The notes beneath the pieces were generated by a model, which was not told the DNA's origin, searched no databases, and worked only from the letters and a program-made list of their open reading frames with translations. DNA of 64,000 nt from Haplodiscus bocki (Eukaryota), in the NCBI GenBank assembly GCA_965655095.1, contig OZ296652.1, positions 82,398,001-82,462,000 of the forward strand, in the 5' to 3' direction. Below, in pieces: positions 11,270-25,400 of this stretch. Made by a program: the position numbers and the translations under genes. The stretch's first letter is position 1; each line of letters opens with the position of its first letter.

Positions 11270-14200
11270 AATTTGCACTACCCTGAGATCCAGCGAGTAT
11301 ATAAAACAAGAGGCACTAAACGAAAAACGCACACAGAACGCCGTGAAGCCAAGAAACGGAAATTGAAAACAGTTGTGGTTAGTTCTCTGAATCTCTGGCT
11401 CGGAACCTGTTTTCTGTTTTTTTCAAGCTGTCTCTTTTTCTCTGTCTTTGCTACGGTGTGCTCCTTGCGTCCTTGGCTCAGAGTCCTTCAGTTAACATGA
11501 AAAGTTATGGCACAAGATCCAAGACCAAGTCCATTCACTTTTGTTGCAAAACATGCTCCGGAAGGCTGCAAAAACAAGATGAAACATTAGAACGTGTTGC
11601 CTGTGGCTGCTCGATGCATCTCTCAGAAAATTGTAATGGTCCGCCTGAGTTGGCTCTTCGAAGTATCAAAGTGCTTGCCATAAATGCACTTCACCGATGC
11701 AATCATTGCGTGAATGAAGAGCAACATCACCGTCTGAAAATGTTGCCTAAAGGCGAAACGGAGTTCAAAACGACGCGGAGTTTCGGAACAGATGTAGCTG
11801 ATTTTAAGAAATCAATCCAGGAAATCAAGTCGAATGTGATAGAAAAACTGTCTTCCCTCCCCCCACCCGCACAAGCCATAGTGAAGCAACGACAACTTAA
11901 ACAAACTCCTCCGACCGAAGATTGAACGAAATCAGAATTCGTGGAAAACCCGAGTCGAAAAAACGGCACCAGAGAACGTGAAGAACACGAACTAGACAAC
12001 TTGAAGAATGTGCTGGTTCATCAAGAGGTAAAAACTTCCTACACCGATATTGTGAGACTCAGAAAATCTGACGACAGGAAACCCGCACTGTACTTTTAAA
12101 AAAACCGAAACCGTAGTAACGGCAACTTATCTTATCTTCCGCAACCAAAGCGAAGACTTTCGGCTATCCCGTGTTTGTGAGCAGTGAACTTTCAAAGATA
12201 GAATCTGAACTTGAAAATAAAGCGCCCTCCTCATTCGAAAGGAGAACAGATAGTCCGAAGAGATCAAGGAGAAATCAAGGTCCGTGAACCAAGACGAATG
12301 ACTATCTATATACATCCACTCCCTTGTTTATAATGTCCGAAGCTTACTTCACCTGCCAAGTTGAATGAACTCCAGCAATATAGTCTTAACCAATCATCTT
12401 ACAAATATTTGCCCCACACAAACATGGTTGACGGAGCATATCAATAAACCCGCCCTGTTCCTGCCTTTTTTTTATTTATCGAAAAAATAGACCTGGCGAA
12501 AAGGAAAACTCAAAGCATGGCCGTTCTCTCATTGCCGTGACTCAAATTATTCTCTGCTTTGATATTGCGTCCGTTTTTAAGGACTGTCTTTCCATTGTCA
12601 TCCAAACAAAGAACCCTGTGATTGTATTTCGTATGTACTGCGCACCACACAGAAGCTCCTTTTTTGTACCGCTATCCAAATGGTCAATTTAATCTTTTCT
12701 TTGAAGAATAAAACAGCCAATTTCAAAGTTGAAAGCCTATTGGTGATGGCTGATATCAATTTTGTCTCCCTCGATTGGCACACCTTAACATCATGCTGCA
12801 AAGTGGTACAAGTTTTACTTTACGCACTTGCCTCATTGAAACTCGAACAGCAAATCAGACCCGAAAAAGGGAGGGCTGTTGACAACTTCCTGTCCCGCAA
12901 GCCGCTGCAGAATCCGTCAACAATCTGATCGTAATTTCATACACATGTAACCAGTTTACCTACAGTGCCAAAATAAGCCATAAAATCACCCCTGTTCACA
13001 GAAAAACAGCAAATGCGGAAAAGCGCCAGGATTTTCCCAAAATTTGCTTCCAGAAAGCAGATTGGTCCGAGATAAACGAGTTCGTCACCGCCCACCGTTT
13101 CCAACCGTGCTGCTTCCGCAATTTCAACCACATTGTCGATAGTTGGTACATTTGGTTCTATACAATCTTGCGAGATTTAGTCGCCTCGAAAACCAAACGC
13201 GGTCTACAAATTGCGCCATGGGTTTCGTCCTCATCCTCGCATCAAATCAAGATGCTGAAAACACTTGAGGCCCAATATGACAGAAACCACAAGACTTCAC
13301 TTTTCTCGAAAATTGAATCCGCACAAACGTACCTTTCATTCGCCTTTGCAAAAGACCAACAAAAGTTTGAAATTGAACACTTCCAACAAAAAAAACTTTC
13401 GACTCAGCAGAATTATCTGAAAATCTTCTCGAAAAGTAACACCATTCCCAGCGAAATGTATCTTGTTGAAGAAAAAACTCAACGCGAACCCGAAGAAGCT
13501 GCGCTGTTTAACCAATATTTTTCGTCCATCTTCACCTATTCAGACTACAACGCTGATCGCCAAGCCCGTCACGAAACGTTTATAAACACTTTTCGACTGT
13601 CTCGTCCTGAAGTGCGAGATGTCTTGCTGAACCTGGACAAAAAGAAAGAAAAAGATCCTGACCGCATTGACAATGCACTGCTATGCAAATTAGCAGAGTA
13701 CTTGAACGTCTCCATTCACCTGATTCTCAACACAATTGTTTTTAAGTTCCATTTTCCAACATTTTGCAAAAACACCAGAGCTAATACCAATTTTCAAAGA
13801 ACGAGAGAGGCAACTGACTTCTAACTACCAACAAATGAGTCCTCTCTCCGCAGTGTCGAAAGTAATTGAAAACCGAACATACAACAAACTGTATACATCA
13901 CTATCCACACTCCTGTCAAACATGAAACATGGCTTCCGAAGACAACGGTACTCAAGCAGTAACCTCATTGTGTAACTACACGAGGTGTTCACTTGTTTCG
14001 ATTCTCCCGACTTTAACTACTTGGTATCAATTTATGTTGACTTCCGAAAAGCGTTTGACTAGGTCAATCAAAAATTGTTACTAGAAAAACCTTGATCTCT
14101 AGGAGTGCACTGATCAAGTCTACAGCTGCTGGAAAGCTACCTCACAGGCAAACGTCAAAGGGGCAGAATTGTAATCACCACGTCCACACCTCTCGAAGTC

Positions 14201-15400
14201 CACAGCGGAGTACACCAAGGATGCTTTCTGCTGTTTCTTCTACTCTTAGTTATATTAATAAATTTGCATGGTCGCGTTATGTCTAACGGCTCCGGTACGC
14301 AGATGACTTCAAAATTGTTGGCGCAACTCCAATTTTCTTGGTATAAACGTTGAAACGAACTGGAAATTGTGCAAAAAAAATCTACTGTCAATCAACCTAA
14401 CCAAAAGTAAAGCCCTCTTTATAAAGGGACTCCCTGATCTATGCATTAAAGATTTCACTTTTGGAACTCCAACAGCTATCAAAGATGTTGGTTTATTAGT
14501 TTCCAGCGACTTGCCGTGGAGCGCCTATATGAAATAACTAGCTAGTAAATTTTTGAATGACCTGTTCTCCCTCAATCGAAGTCTCTCAGCACCCACTCCG
14601 TCCAACAAAAACAAAGCTTTGATTAGCTACGTGGTTCCCGTCTTAAGCTACGGATCGTCACTTTGGAAACCCAAAAAGTCCGATCTCTTTGTACATAAAA
14701 GTCCGGCAAAAGGCTGCGTTATGGACCCTCAACACGAACTCCATCAGCTACAAAGTCATTTTCATGAAATTCCGCAATGTTCCACTCTCTCTCCATCCCA
14801 AGAATTTCAAGATGTTTTGCTATTCGCAATGATTTTGAAAGAAAAATTGGACATTAGCTGGAGAAACTACCTAACTATCGCAGACGCTGTTACAAATAGT
14901 CTAATCGTTCGCAACTTCAGCCACAGAGCCTTCCGCTCAAAAAATTGTGCCTCAAACTTCTGTTGACGAGCTTTCCATTTGCCGAACATGTGGAACAACT
15001 ACTTCAAAATGCATATCTTCATTGACCATTAATTAAGATGAAGACTTTTCAAACTCTTCCAAACTTACCTTAAATATAAATTCAGTGCTCTAACCAACTC
15101 CGAAAAGGTCTCATACGAGTTTGAGACAAGAGCTCATGATATATAGATTCAAAGTGACGAAGGGATGGGAACAAACGAGTGAGAGCATTCAAACTGTGAA
15201 AACGGGTCCTTATCATAGGGAGGTCAGAGCTAGTATTGATTGTATCGGACTTGCACACTATTCCTCCTTTGCGGAAAAAAACGTTGAAAAAACTCACTTT
15301 TACACTTTTCACACTTTTGACTAATCTTTGCCGGGGAAACATCCTTTGCTTGAACTTCGGTTCTAAAATCTTTTTTTGTTATTATTATTTTTATTTTTAA
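11270..15400 (+). mobile_element. Near full-length degenerate CR1/L2-like LINE (PHD-like ORF1; APE endonuclease plus RT ORF2); ends approximate
   Basis: ORF1 from ATG 11497 with a Cys-rich PHD-like finger and coiled coil. APE motifs YNVRSL (~12331), TQTWL and MADINF. RT motifs NYQQMSPLSAVSKVIE, HGFRR, YVDFRKAFD, SGVHQG and YADDFK (~14296). Many stops and frameshifts. Confidence 0.9.
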
Positions 15401-17399
15401 CGAGGTCTTGAAATCCGAACATAGGAAGCCCACATGTAATGATGGGAAAAATGAACAAGGCCATCACTGGACTTGATGAGACTAGACGTAACATTTCAAC
15501 AAGAATGGATTATGACCAGGAAATGTTTAACGTCCGTGACCGGAAGTCTGATGCCAAAAACAACTCAAATCGCTTCTTGAAGAAATCCCTTCCTAATGCC
15601 AAATCACATTGTGTCGCCAAAATTTCCTAAATACAAATAAAACCTCCCGTGAGTTGTTGTTTTCCCTTGTCTCACCATTTAAAAAATTTGAAAGCACCCG
15701 AATACAATAAAAAAACTTTTGAATCCTGCTGCACGACAAATTGATACGCAATTAAGGTTCAAAACACAAGAACTCAAGGAAAAGAACAGTTAAGTCATAT
15801 CTTTTGCATTGGAAATACTAAACTCTTGTACCTCGTACCAACTGGGGTATCTCGAACAACTAAAATCCTTTCCAGCAAACAGCCAGTCATGGAAAGCTTT
15901 TGCAAACGACAAAACTTGTTTCAAGTTATATATTTCAATTTGTGTTTCCATGTTTTCCAGACAGGAACTTGATTAAGCTCCTCCGTTTGAAACAATAAAA
16001 TTTTTTAATGCAGCAAAAATGAAAGTCGTTCCTCGTTGTCATCTTGCAAAATATCAACGCATTCGAATCCTGACGGCTGTTTGTAGATTCCATCAACTCC
16101 TATTCTTGGATGTTGCCTTAGAAGAAACCCCATTTAGGGCTTCTTGTGTTCTCTTTGCTCGAAAGCCATAGAGCATTTTTGGTGCATTCTATCTGCCTCC
16201 GGGAACCTCAACTCACTATGTTGAAATGTTTAACGTTGCAGGCTGTTTTATCAAAAATTCCTTCTCTATATAAGGATTTACAAAATGCCCCGGACCAGCC
16301 AATTTTTACAATAACTTTTTTGCCAAGATCCCATAAAACTTCCAGTCAGTTGTGCACTTCTGACCCTTGCACGACCAGGAAAAATCAACTTTTTTCAACT
16401 ACCATGTGAATTTTGTTTGCACCACCAAGTTCATGGAACTATACACGAAAATTGAAAAATCTTTGTTCTGTATTCTAGAAATGTTGATTCACTATTGTCC
16501 CAGATAGATTATCAGTTGTTTTCTTATCACTTTGCAAATTTTTGACGTCGGTTTTACATTATAAAACACGTCTGCCTCAGACTCTCCGAACGAATTTCAT
16601 TTCCTTGGTGTGCTGTTCAGACCTCCATAATGTCAACTCGTTGCTTTCGTTGAATTCCCTGGAAAAACGCGTTATTTTACAAACAATGGAACTCTGCCTC
16701 CATAAAAACCATGAATCAATTTTTGTCTCCAACTGGTCATATTGTATTCAGTTCTCCAAAAGTCCTCCTCTCTTTGCTGGCCCAGAATATATCTGAAGGC
16801 AACTAAAGACCAAAAGCTGTGGAACAGGTAAACAGATTTTTGTGCATTGAAACAATCAGAAGTAATTAATTGGGAAGCTATCACGAAATTCTGACTTCGA
16901 CAACTGCTCGGATTATCGCAAGCTTCACCCTATTTATTCCATGTTTTGCTTCAGAAATCCTCAGAACGTGTATCCTAACATTTCGTTCCCAACATCAACG
17001 TTATCACGGAAACAAGCAGTTCTCATGCAATTGAGCTAAAGCGAACTTTTCCAACAATTCTTTAACATCAGATTTTTTTAAGGAGAAAATGTTCCCAAAT
17101 TCATCCAACTTGAACAACGCAATCAATTCATTCTGCGACCCTAGCAGATTTGAAACTAGTTGTTGTTTCAGCACCGGAATCCCGCGATGACTTCTTGATT
17201 GATGGCATTGACGAACTTTGAAACTTTTCATAGCCAATTCCCTCCAACTTTTGAGGAAATTTTCGGATCCGAAAAACAAACACTTATCTAGAAATATGTA
17301 AACTATCTTTTTTTACCTCGCAACGTAAGTCACATTGCACAAATGACACTAAAGATGGTCGCCAAACAAATATCATGCCGATATTTTCATTAAAACTGG

Positions 17400-18250
17400 A
17401 ACTTTTCAATTTCAAAATGAATTATTTAACACAGTTGGTCAGCAATTCAAGAGACTGCAACTCGATTTCCTTTGCCCTAAAAGTATGCAACCTAGACAAT
17501 TTGCGCTAGGAAACTGATCAAAACATTCTTTGCATCTTCATATATTTCGACGTTAAAAACGCTTTTGATTCAGTGCGTCACGAAAATCTGCTGAAGAAAC
17601 TGAAAGTGTTTGGTTTTTATGAAAATTCTGTTAGCCTTTCTAAGTCTTTTCTTGAAAACAAATGCCAGCTTGTTCCTTCAAACCAGCAATTTTAAAATCA
17701 GGAGCTTCCTATTCCGAGAGCTCCTTCCAAAATAAAAATTGGTGTCCTGATGAACTGCATTTTTTTCATGGCAGATGCTCTCAAAGAAGTTTTTACAAGA
17801 CGATGCTCTCTTACACTTTGAAAAATTATAATGAAAATACCTTGTTACAACGTGGTTTTCCATGAATGTCTGAATCGTTTGACTTTATGGTGTTCTGTCA
17901 ATAAACTTGATTTTCATCCGCCTAATTGTAAGTTTCTGCCGTTTGGCTATAATACCAATGCTAACTTTGGATTGAATGATCAGCCGAAACTATGCAATTG
18001 CATTTGCTAATCCGGGCTTCAACTCTATTTTTCTTTCTTTTTGGCAGCAACACATAGATGTCAACTCAGTCAAATCTACCAATTGTCTAAACAAATTGAA
18101 GCTCAATTTCTCTTCCAGTTTTTCAAAAGCAAAGTAGAAAGTTTCTGGGATTCCATGATTTTCTCAGTGGTCACAAATCGGAGTTATGTGTGATTTATCT
18201 CTGTATCAAAACTATGTCGACTGGAGTGCAATGAAAAGGAATCGCAACAG
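17400..18250 (+). mobile_element. Degenerate LINE reverse transcriptase fragment
   Basis: IYFDVKNAFDSVRHENLLKKLKVFGF at ~17540-17620. Downstream LNRLTLWCSVNKLDFHPPNCKFL resembles the LINE RT W....l.fN..KC motif. Confidence 0.75.
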
Positions 18251-19499
18251 AGAAAGAGATTTTTACCTTGCAACAAACCATGGACCCTTTACGATACATC
18301 TCAGGTTAACCAGGTTAACTTCAAGTGTATACGGAACTTTGCAATACCAAATTGGAACTGTGCCACCATTTGTTTTTTGAAAGAGGTTTCATAGGATGCC
18401 TACAGAACAGCTATACTTTGATAAAGAACGCTCTAAAATTTCATTCCACTGAAACATTCCAAATAGATGTACATAGAGCAGCAACTGAACCCTTAGGTAT
18501 CGACATTTTTGAGTTTGATTCATCTCTTTTTTTTGAAAACCCTTCCGATTTTTTCCGAGATAGAAGGGAAATTCAACGAGGGTATAGTTTCCTTACACTG
18601 TTTCGTGAAATGCAATTGTACATTAGAAGACCCTAGTTTTTCGTTATGCCTGCTAAAATTGTACTTCTTCAGATGGTAATGCATTTTTTTCCTCTTCTTC
18701 CTCATCATCATCTCTTACTTTCTTTCTGTTAAATCTTATCTCAAATGAGCGCGTTTTTTGTTTTATAAACGAAAAGAGTGTTCTTTCAACGTCGGTGAAG
18801 CAATGAAAGTGGTTTATGCCAATACTCTAATGATACAAAAAACGATCTAAACAAATAAAAAGGAATGCATCGGCCCGAGAACGATTTTTAGAGAGTGATC
18901 TTTCATGGACTTATGATATGACGTGTTCTTTGTGACATCACAACCCCCCACGAACCACAAGCAGTGAAGTATGCATCAACACGGTGTAAAATACTTGTTC
19001 CAATAGTCTGTAAGACCAATCGTAAGGACTTTAGAGTGACAGTGCTAAAAAAAATAAACTTTTCGTTATTTTCGGCGAACGATGAAGCTGGATCAGAAGT
19101 AGCCGGATTGACTTGAGCAACAGAGCTTCAAAAAATGATCCCATTTCGTAAATGGACTAATTGCAAAATAAAATGTTGCAAAACAACAATTGTTGTTTCC
19201 TGGAACGGATGTGCACTTATTGTTATCAGTTCGTGATGAGTTTCCAGTTTTTAGAGAAGTAATTGACTGAAATTTAGAAAAATGATCAGAAGACTGACCT
19301 GATTGGCCATTTCTTGCGAGTAATCAGACTTACGCCAAAATCCTGCCATTGCACACTTGTACAAACGTATGAAACGCAAAAATTGATATCATTCGCATCA
19401 ATAACTCAGATACTATTCTTCCAATTTCTTCAAAAGTACATACTTCAATGTTCATGTCACCAGTTTTTGTCGACAGCCTCACAATTAACTTTTGAAAAA

Positions 19500-22400
19500 A
19501 AGTTCTTTTCCGAGCACAGCATTTGATTTTTCAATGAGACCGTTAGCCCTGATTTGACAACATAGATGGAAACACCGAGACTGAGCTCAAGTTTGTTAGC
19601 CACCACGAACAAGAAATGCAATTGCTTTCAACGATTCCACCACGTCCAAAAAAGTTAGGAATAAGGCCGTAACTGGCCATTTCTAACGGCAATTAAACGG
19701 CCTTTGCAAAATTTTGCCAAAACGAAAAGAAAAGCAATCTGGTTCTCGTCACGAAAAGATCACCTCATTCAGGTGAAAATTCTCCTCATCACATAGCGCA
19801 TTCCGGTATATTATCGCGGCAGGATCCCAAACCAGACAATGCCCCCTCCGATTGGTTCATCAGGTTTGCGTCACAAAAAAACACGAGCTACTTTAGCGAT
19901 GCTTCCAAGCACCAGAATGTTCAGTCGCGATGAAGGACATGAAGCAGCCCAAGACACTCCTTCATAAATAACGGAAATAGACAGTGCCATTAAGTAGTCC
20001 ACGATCAATTCTCCAGCGAGACGTCAGACAAGTCAAGGTTCTGATTACGCAAGTGATTTACTTCATAGGGCAAATACCAATCCGAAAATTTCAAACAATT
20101 GCAATTAAATTAGTTGCGTCACAACCAACACCGCATCACAAAAAAAACAAGTTACAAATATCCTAAATTCATCAAAGTGATCAAGCTGTCGGATTCTGGC
20201 AAACTCAACACGTCATTTCGGAAGCAGAATGCGGTGATAAGTTAATCCTCTTTAGACAAAAATCTTCATAAGAAAACATGAATTGAAAATCCAAACTCAA
20301 ATGGATTCAGCTGATAGGAGATTCAACGATGGAAAATTTTGTAGATTTACTCAAGAATCTCGAGAAGGCGGTGAGAAAAAGCTTTTGGAGAAAACGTTCT
20401 AAGTTTCTTGAAACCGTTCATACCCGCCAACTAATTGCATCATTGAAGAATTTAAAAAACTTCATCTACCAATTTTCCCTGCTCAAATCAAACGAGTTAC
20501 CTGTCCGTCAAAGAAGTCGGCTCACTCAATACTGAACCCCAACTATCAGTTTCAGGGAACAAGTGAACGCCCAAGCATCATTGGCAAACGTCACTAATTA
20601 AGAATTGACTTCCACAGAAAACGAGACCGTCGAAGCAAAACGGAAAACAGAAACTACATTTAAAACCAAATTCTTCATGAAAAACTCTAACAGAGTGAAC
20701 GACCAAGTTAAGATATGAAAATGATTTGCACCCAGTGCCGCTACACTGCTCATTCAGCATAAGAGTTACTGAAACCGAGTCAAATTCATCTCAGCTCCTT
20801 GTATTAAACCACACGATTAACGAAACACAACTGAGAACAAGAATTTGTAGAAGAAGTTTGAACCTCCGAGAAACCAGTTTCCTAATCTCAATTGGTATCA
20901 TCACCCAACCCCTCCAAATCATCGGAAAGTATAACAGATCAGTTTTCAAACTTGTCATGCAACGTCACTCAGAGCGAAACTCACAAACTGCTCGTAGTCT
21001 AACTTACAATTCTTTTCTTGGGGTCCAAAGACCAGAAAAGAGAACGACAAAACACACAAATTTATTCATACAAAAGCTCATTGAGCATAACGAAAGTTGT
21101 CAGCATCCTAAAAAATCCTGCATTGCAAAGAAAATTTATATCATGACTCGGGCTTTTGGGAACATTTATTGCCTCATCTTGATCGAGCACTTGGCCAGAA
21201 TTTAGGCCTCTGAGGGAAAAAGCCGACCTATTGGTGAAAACATTCAAGCCAAAGCAGATGATTCGAGAAACAAAATACCTCCGACCCGGCGAAGCGACAG
21301 ACTTCGAAAAACAAGAACACCAGCTTGACGCCTGATCGAAACGAAAATGTCAAATGAGCCCATTGAATGCTTCTCTCCGACCCAGCAAACATAGCAGCCA
21401 GCTGCATTTAACCCCGAGAATCGGCGACTGGGGAAACCATACACTTCTTTCTAGGAGGTACCCAAGGATCCCTAACTTAAAACGAAGTACAAACAACGAA
21501 CGCTCACTGCGCATCTTCTCTCAAAGATATTCCGAATCGCACGACCTGAAGAAGAACATTTGGCCATTCACATGTTTGCTACACCAACTCCAGTGACGAC
21601 ATGGGAAACCTAAGTTTGGAGCATTCGAACTGAGAGTGTTTTAGAGCGCTGTTATTTGTCGCTCCCAACAAGTAACGACGTCAACCTTCGCAGTGACTGA
21701 AACGGAAACCCTCCTTTCAATCATTGAAGTCTCGCCGATTTTTCCTGGAAGTCACACGTCCTTGCCACGCCAGTGCTGAAAAATTTCGAAAATTTCCAAA
21801 CAACTGGCCAGCTCACTGCCTTAGCAAACCATACGGCCAAACTCAATCTTGGAACAAACGTAGCCAGCTTGAAGACACCCACAAGTAAACAGGCAAGCTG
21901 GCCAAATGAGACACATGCTATTTCAACAACTGATTATTCTAAACTTTTTCCCAGAAGATGCAACTATGCTCATCCACCAACTACTGCAGTCCACTGAAGC
22001 ACTCGTTCGCAAATGATTTCACCCGACGCCAGTTACGTGCAAGTACTCGACAACACCGAACCCGAAAAAATTGATCAAAGTTAAAATCCTGCGACCCAGT
22101 GAAATGAAATACTGGACCCCCTGCTGGAAGACAAACAACGCAAGGTCTTCTCGCATCAATTTAGCTCGACGGATTTGGAAATCATGCCCAAACCGTGGCT
22201 ATAGAAGAAAGCTTATTTTTATAACAGCATCGCACACGTTTTTCGCTTAAGATGGGCCTGGCATAGGGATCAACAACTGGCTCAAGGCTGAATAAAGCCC
22301 CTGCATGAAGAACCCATCTATGCTGAAAGTCAACCGTTGACAACGAAGCCGTGCGACGAAATGCTTCTTAAAGTCACCGTGCAACAAAAATTCGTGGTTC

Positions 22401-25400
22401 ACTGATCCCAATCTCTCAAACTTACTTCGAGAACAACTTCCTTAGGGTACGCATGAAAAAAAAACAATTTTTCTTGTATCGCGGACTGGCTCAAGGTCCG
22501 AACAAGTCATTGGCAGCCTTCAGTGATTCGTAGGAGCAGACGTTTACCATGTAGTAAAAGTTGAAGGAAAGTCTCAGTGCTGCCAATGATTTCAGCAAAG
22601 CTGCTCACACTGCAGACAGACTTGTCCAAAATACTGAATTTGACTCCCATAGTACTGAACTTTCTTTTCCGAAAATGTTTTAGAGTATGTTGACACTTGT
22701 CCCGACAAAATTGACGTTTTGACGGAAGCATCAGCAAACAAAGAATTGCAGCTGTATCCTACAAAACGAAGCGTTTTTTTTGGACTACGCGTTTCTATTT
22801 TTGGACTTCAATGAGAGCTCTACAAAAGCAAGACAAGTTGAACAAGTAAGAAGGCAAGATATTTACCCAATAGTATAGAAACTCTATCTTGTGTACCATT
22901 TGACACAGAAAGACATGAAAACTACTCGCACTCAACTTCAATGAGGTCTCAATTTTGAATCAAAGAGAATCTGGTTAACGCAGCCAAACTTCTCTTCCAG
23001 GTTGTATTACTTGACCAACAACTGTAACATTCTCTGAAGCTTAGAAACAAGCTGCAGGCTACGTGTAATGATGAAATGCTACGCGAATGACAAAAGAGCA
23101 CATTTTAAAATTTGCACACCAGTCACTTGTTGGTTTCGTTAGTTGAACGCTGTGCCAATAATATTAATTAAGTACCATGAGGCCATTTTAGCCTTGAACA
23201 TTGCATTGTACGATTTCAGACGAATCGTATTGGCCCTTACAAGGCATAGCCTGGTTTTGAGTTGTAAAAAAACTTCAATTCATTTTTTCAGCTCTCGAAA
23301 GTTCATCGAAAACTGTTCAAATGTTGTGACCGGGCCTTTGAAGTCACTTTCACAGTCGCTTAATTAACAAGGAATCAAAATTCCAGCAACCGACTATCAC
23401 TTTCGATTAGATTTAACTCAAACGTACTTCACTCACTTGAAACTGAACAACTGAATCCCGCCTCACCACATCGAGTTTTACTTGGCATAAGAAACACACA
23501 AAAAAAACAGAACAGTAGCCAATTCCTTTCAGCGGAAATGACCTCATTGAAAAGTGTACCGGAGTCAGAGATGGAAGTAAAAAATATTCACACGAAAAGG
23601 ATCCGCATTATTTGTGATGGAGATTTGAAACTCTCAGAACGCAACTGCGGAAGCCAGTTTTCAAGAAACAATTGAAAACGCCAACCAGATCTGAGTATCA
23701 TGTATTTTCCAATACAGACTTTATTTTGATCACACTAAAAGGACTAAAAGGTGTACTAGAGGACAATTTGTGATCACTTGCGGTGAAATTGATGACCACA
23801 TTCGGTGTCACCTCAATGCAATTAAGAAAAAGGCTGTTCGAAGCGGTCACTGTTAAACAAGCTGACAAAACAAGTAAAAAATGTCACTCTGTACCATTCA
23901 GACGTGCATACGAACAAACGAACGAAATTTGTTCCAGCAACCGAATCCAACCTCTTCTCTACCAGTTATATAAAGCCATGTGCTGAGCAAAAGACGTAAC
24001 AGAGATGAACATAGTGAATGAATTACATCGTTCAAATTATTACACGCACGTCTTGACAGTGTTTGACATCTTCCACAAACTGGCAAAAGCGCGGGGGCTT
24101 AAGCACCCTGGCAGTTTTTTCAGTACACTTACGACCTGAAACAAGGTCTGAGTGACAGAGGATCCTCCTTTGCATTTCAAAAACTAAGAAGAAATCACGA
24201 ATGAAACTGGCTGAAAAAAACCATGCAACGCTCAAACATGCCAATCCACAGTTGTGTTTCAAAACAACTATCAAAAAGTCAAACAGTTTTTAAAAACTAT
24301 TGTCGCAGCAGACAAAACCTCATTGGGAACGAAAGTTCAATCTCGCTGTAAAGGCTCGCAACACGACGTACCACCTGTCACTGTTGTGTACTGCACAAAA
24401 TTTTTCCCCGAACACGTTTCTGCAGTCGAAAAAACTTAAAATTTTGCGACCCAATGTAGTTTAACTGTAGCCCAGCCGACATCAAAACCCTTATCAGTGA
24501 AGTCAGTTATAGTACCAAGAAGTCACTGTTAGCAAATTGAAAATTTTCAGAGGTACAAAAAGTACAATGAGAGAAAATCCTTAGCTCACCCACTCAATTT
24601 GAGAATCTTTGCTTTTCTCCTTAAACCTCAGCACGTCACTCAATCAAAATATTAGATCAGACAATTACAGGAACGGAATGCTCAGTATAAAGTTGCCAAA
24701 ACAGTGTCACGCTCGTTACTCCAACTGGTCTTGTCCGTGGAACTGGCCTCAAGAAACCCAAAGCCTGCACCGCAGTTGACTTCCAGAAGTTTCACAGCAA
24801 AGGAGAGTCCCGTCATCCAAATGGATGAGAACTAGTTTTAACAAGACCCTCAGGCCGTTTACCAAACAAAATTGCCTGGCATCATGACCCAATGAGAGTA
24901 TTTCATCAGGACACTTCACAAATTGATGAAGAGGTAATAACAGTGAAAAATATCATGAAGTTTTCTTCGAGATCCAACCTCAATTGAGACACACAACACC
25001 CTCACATACCCTATTTGTCATGGTGCCTACACTGGTTTCTGTTGCAGGTGCAATTCCGCATACACCGATTGTGTACGTGCCTGCACATGTATATCACAAA
25101 AAAGCACACAAACCAGGGAACGATCAGTCTCCGACTGCAAAAGAACCTCCTCCAGCCAAATCTAAACCTGTGAATGCACAGCCAGTGCAAATTACGCTCC
25201 CAGAACCAGACCAGGGCGAAACTGAATTTTGGGAGCAAGAGCTTGCTTGCGCTTTTACAACACGTTACAATTAACTAGAAAACCATAAACCTAGTTTTTG
25301 CCAGGAATCCTCACGCATGAGGTTAATAACAAACCAGCCTTCGCAAACTGCCAACAAGATAATTACACTTAAACTGATGGTTGACTTGTATACTAGATTT

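Noticed and set aside
15700-17280. Coding-like minus-strand region, possibly an LRR-type pseudogene
   Set aside because: Many stops and no motif I can assign to a family.
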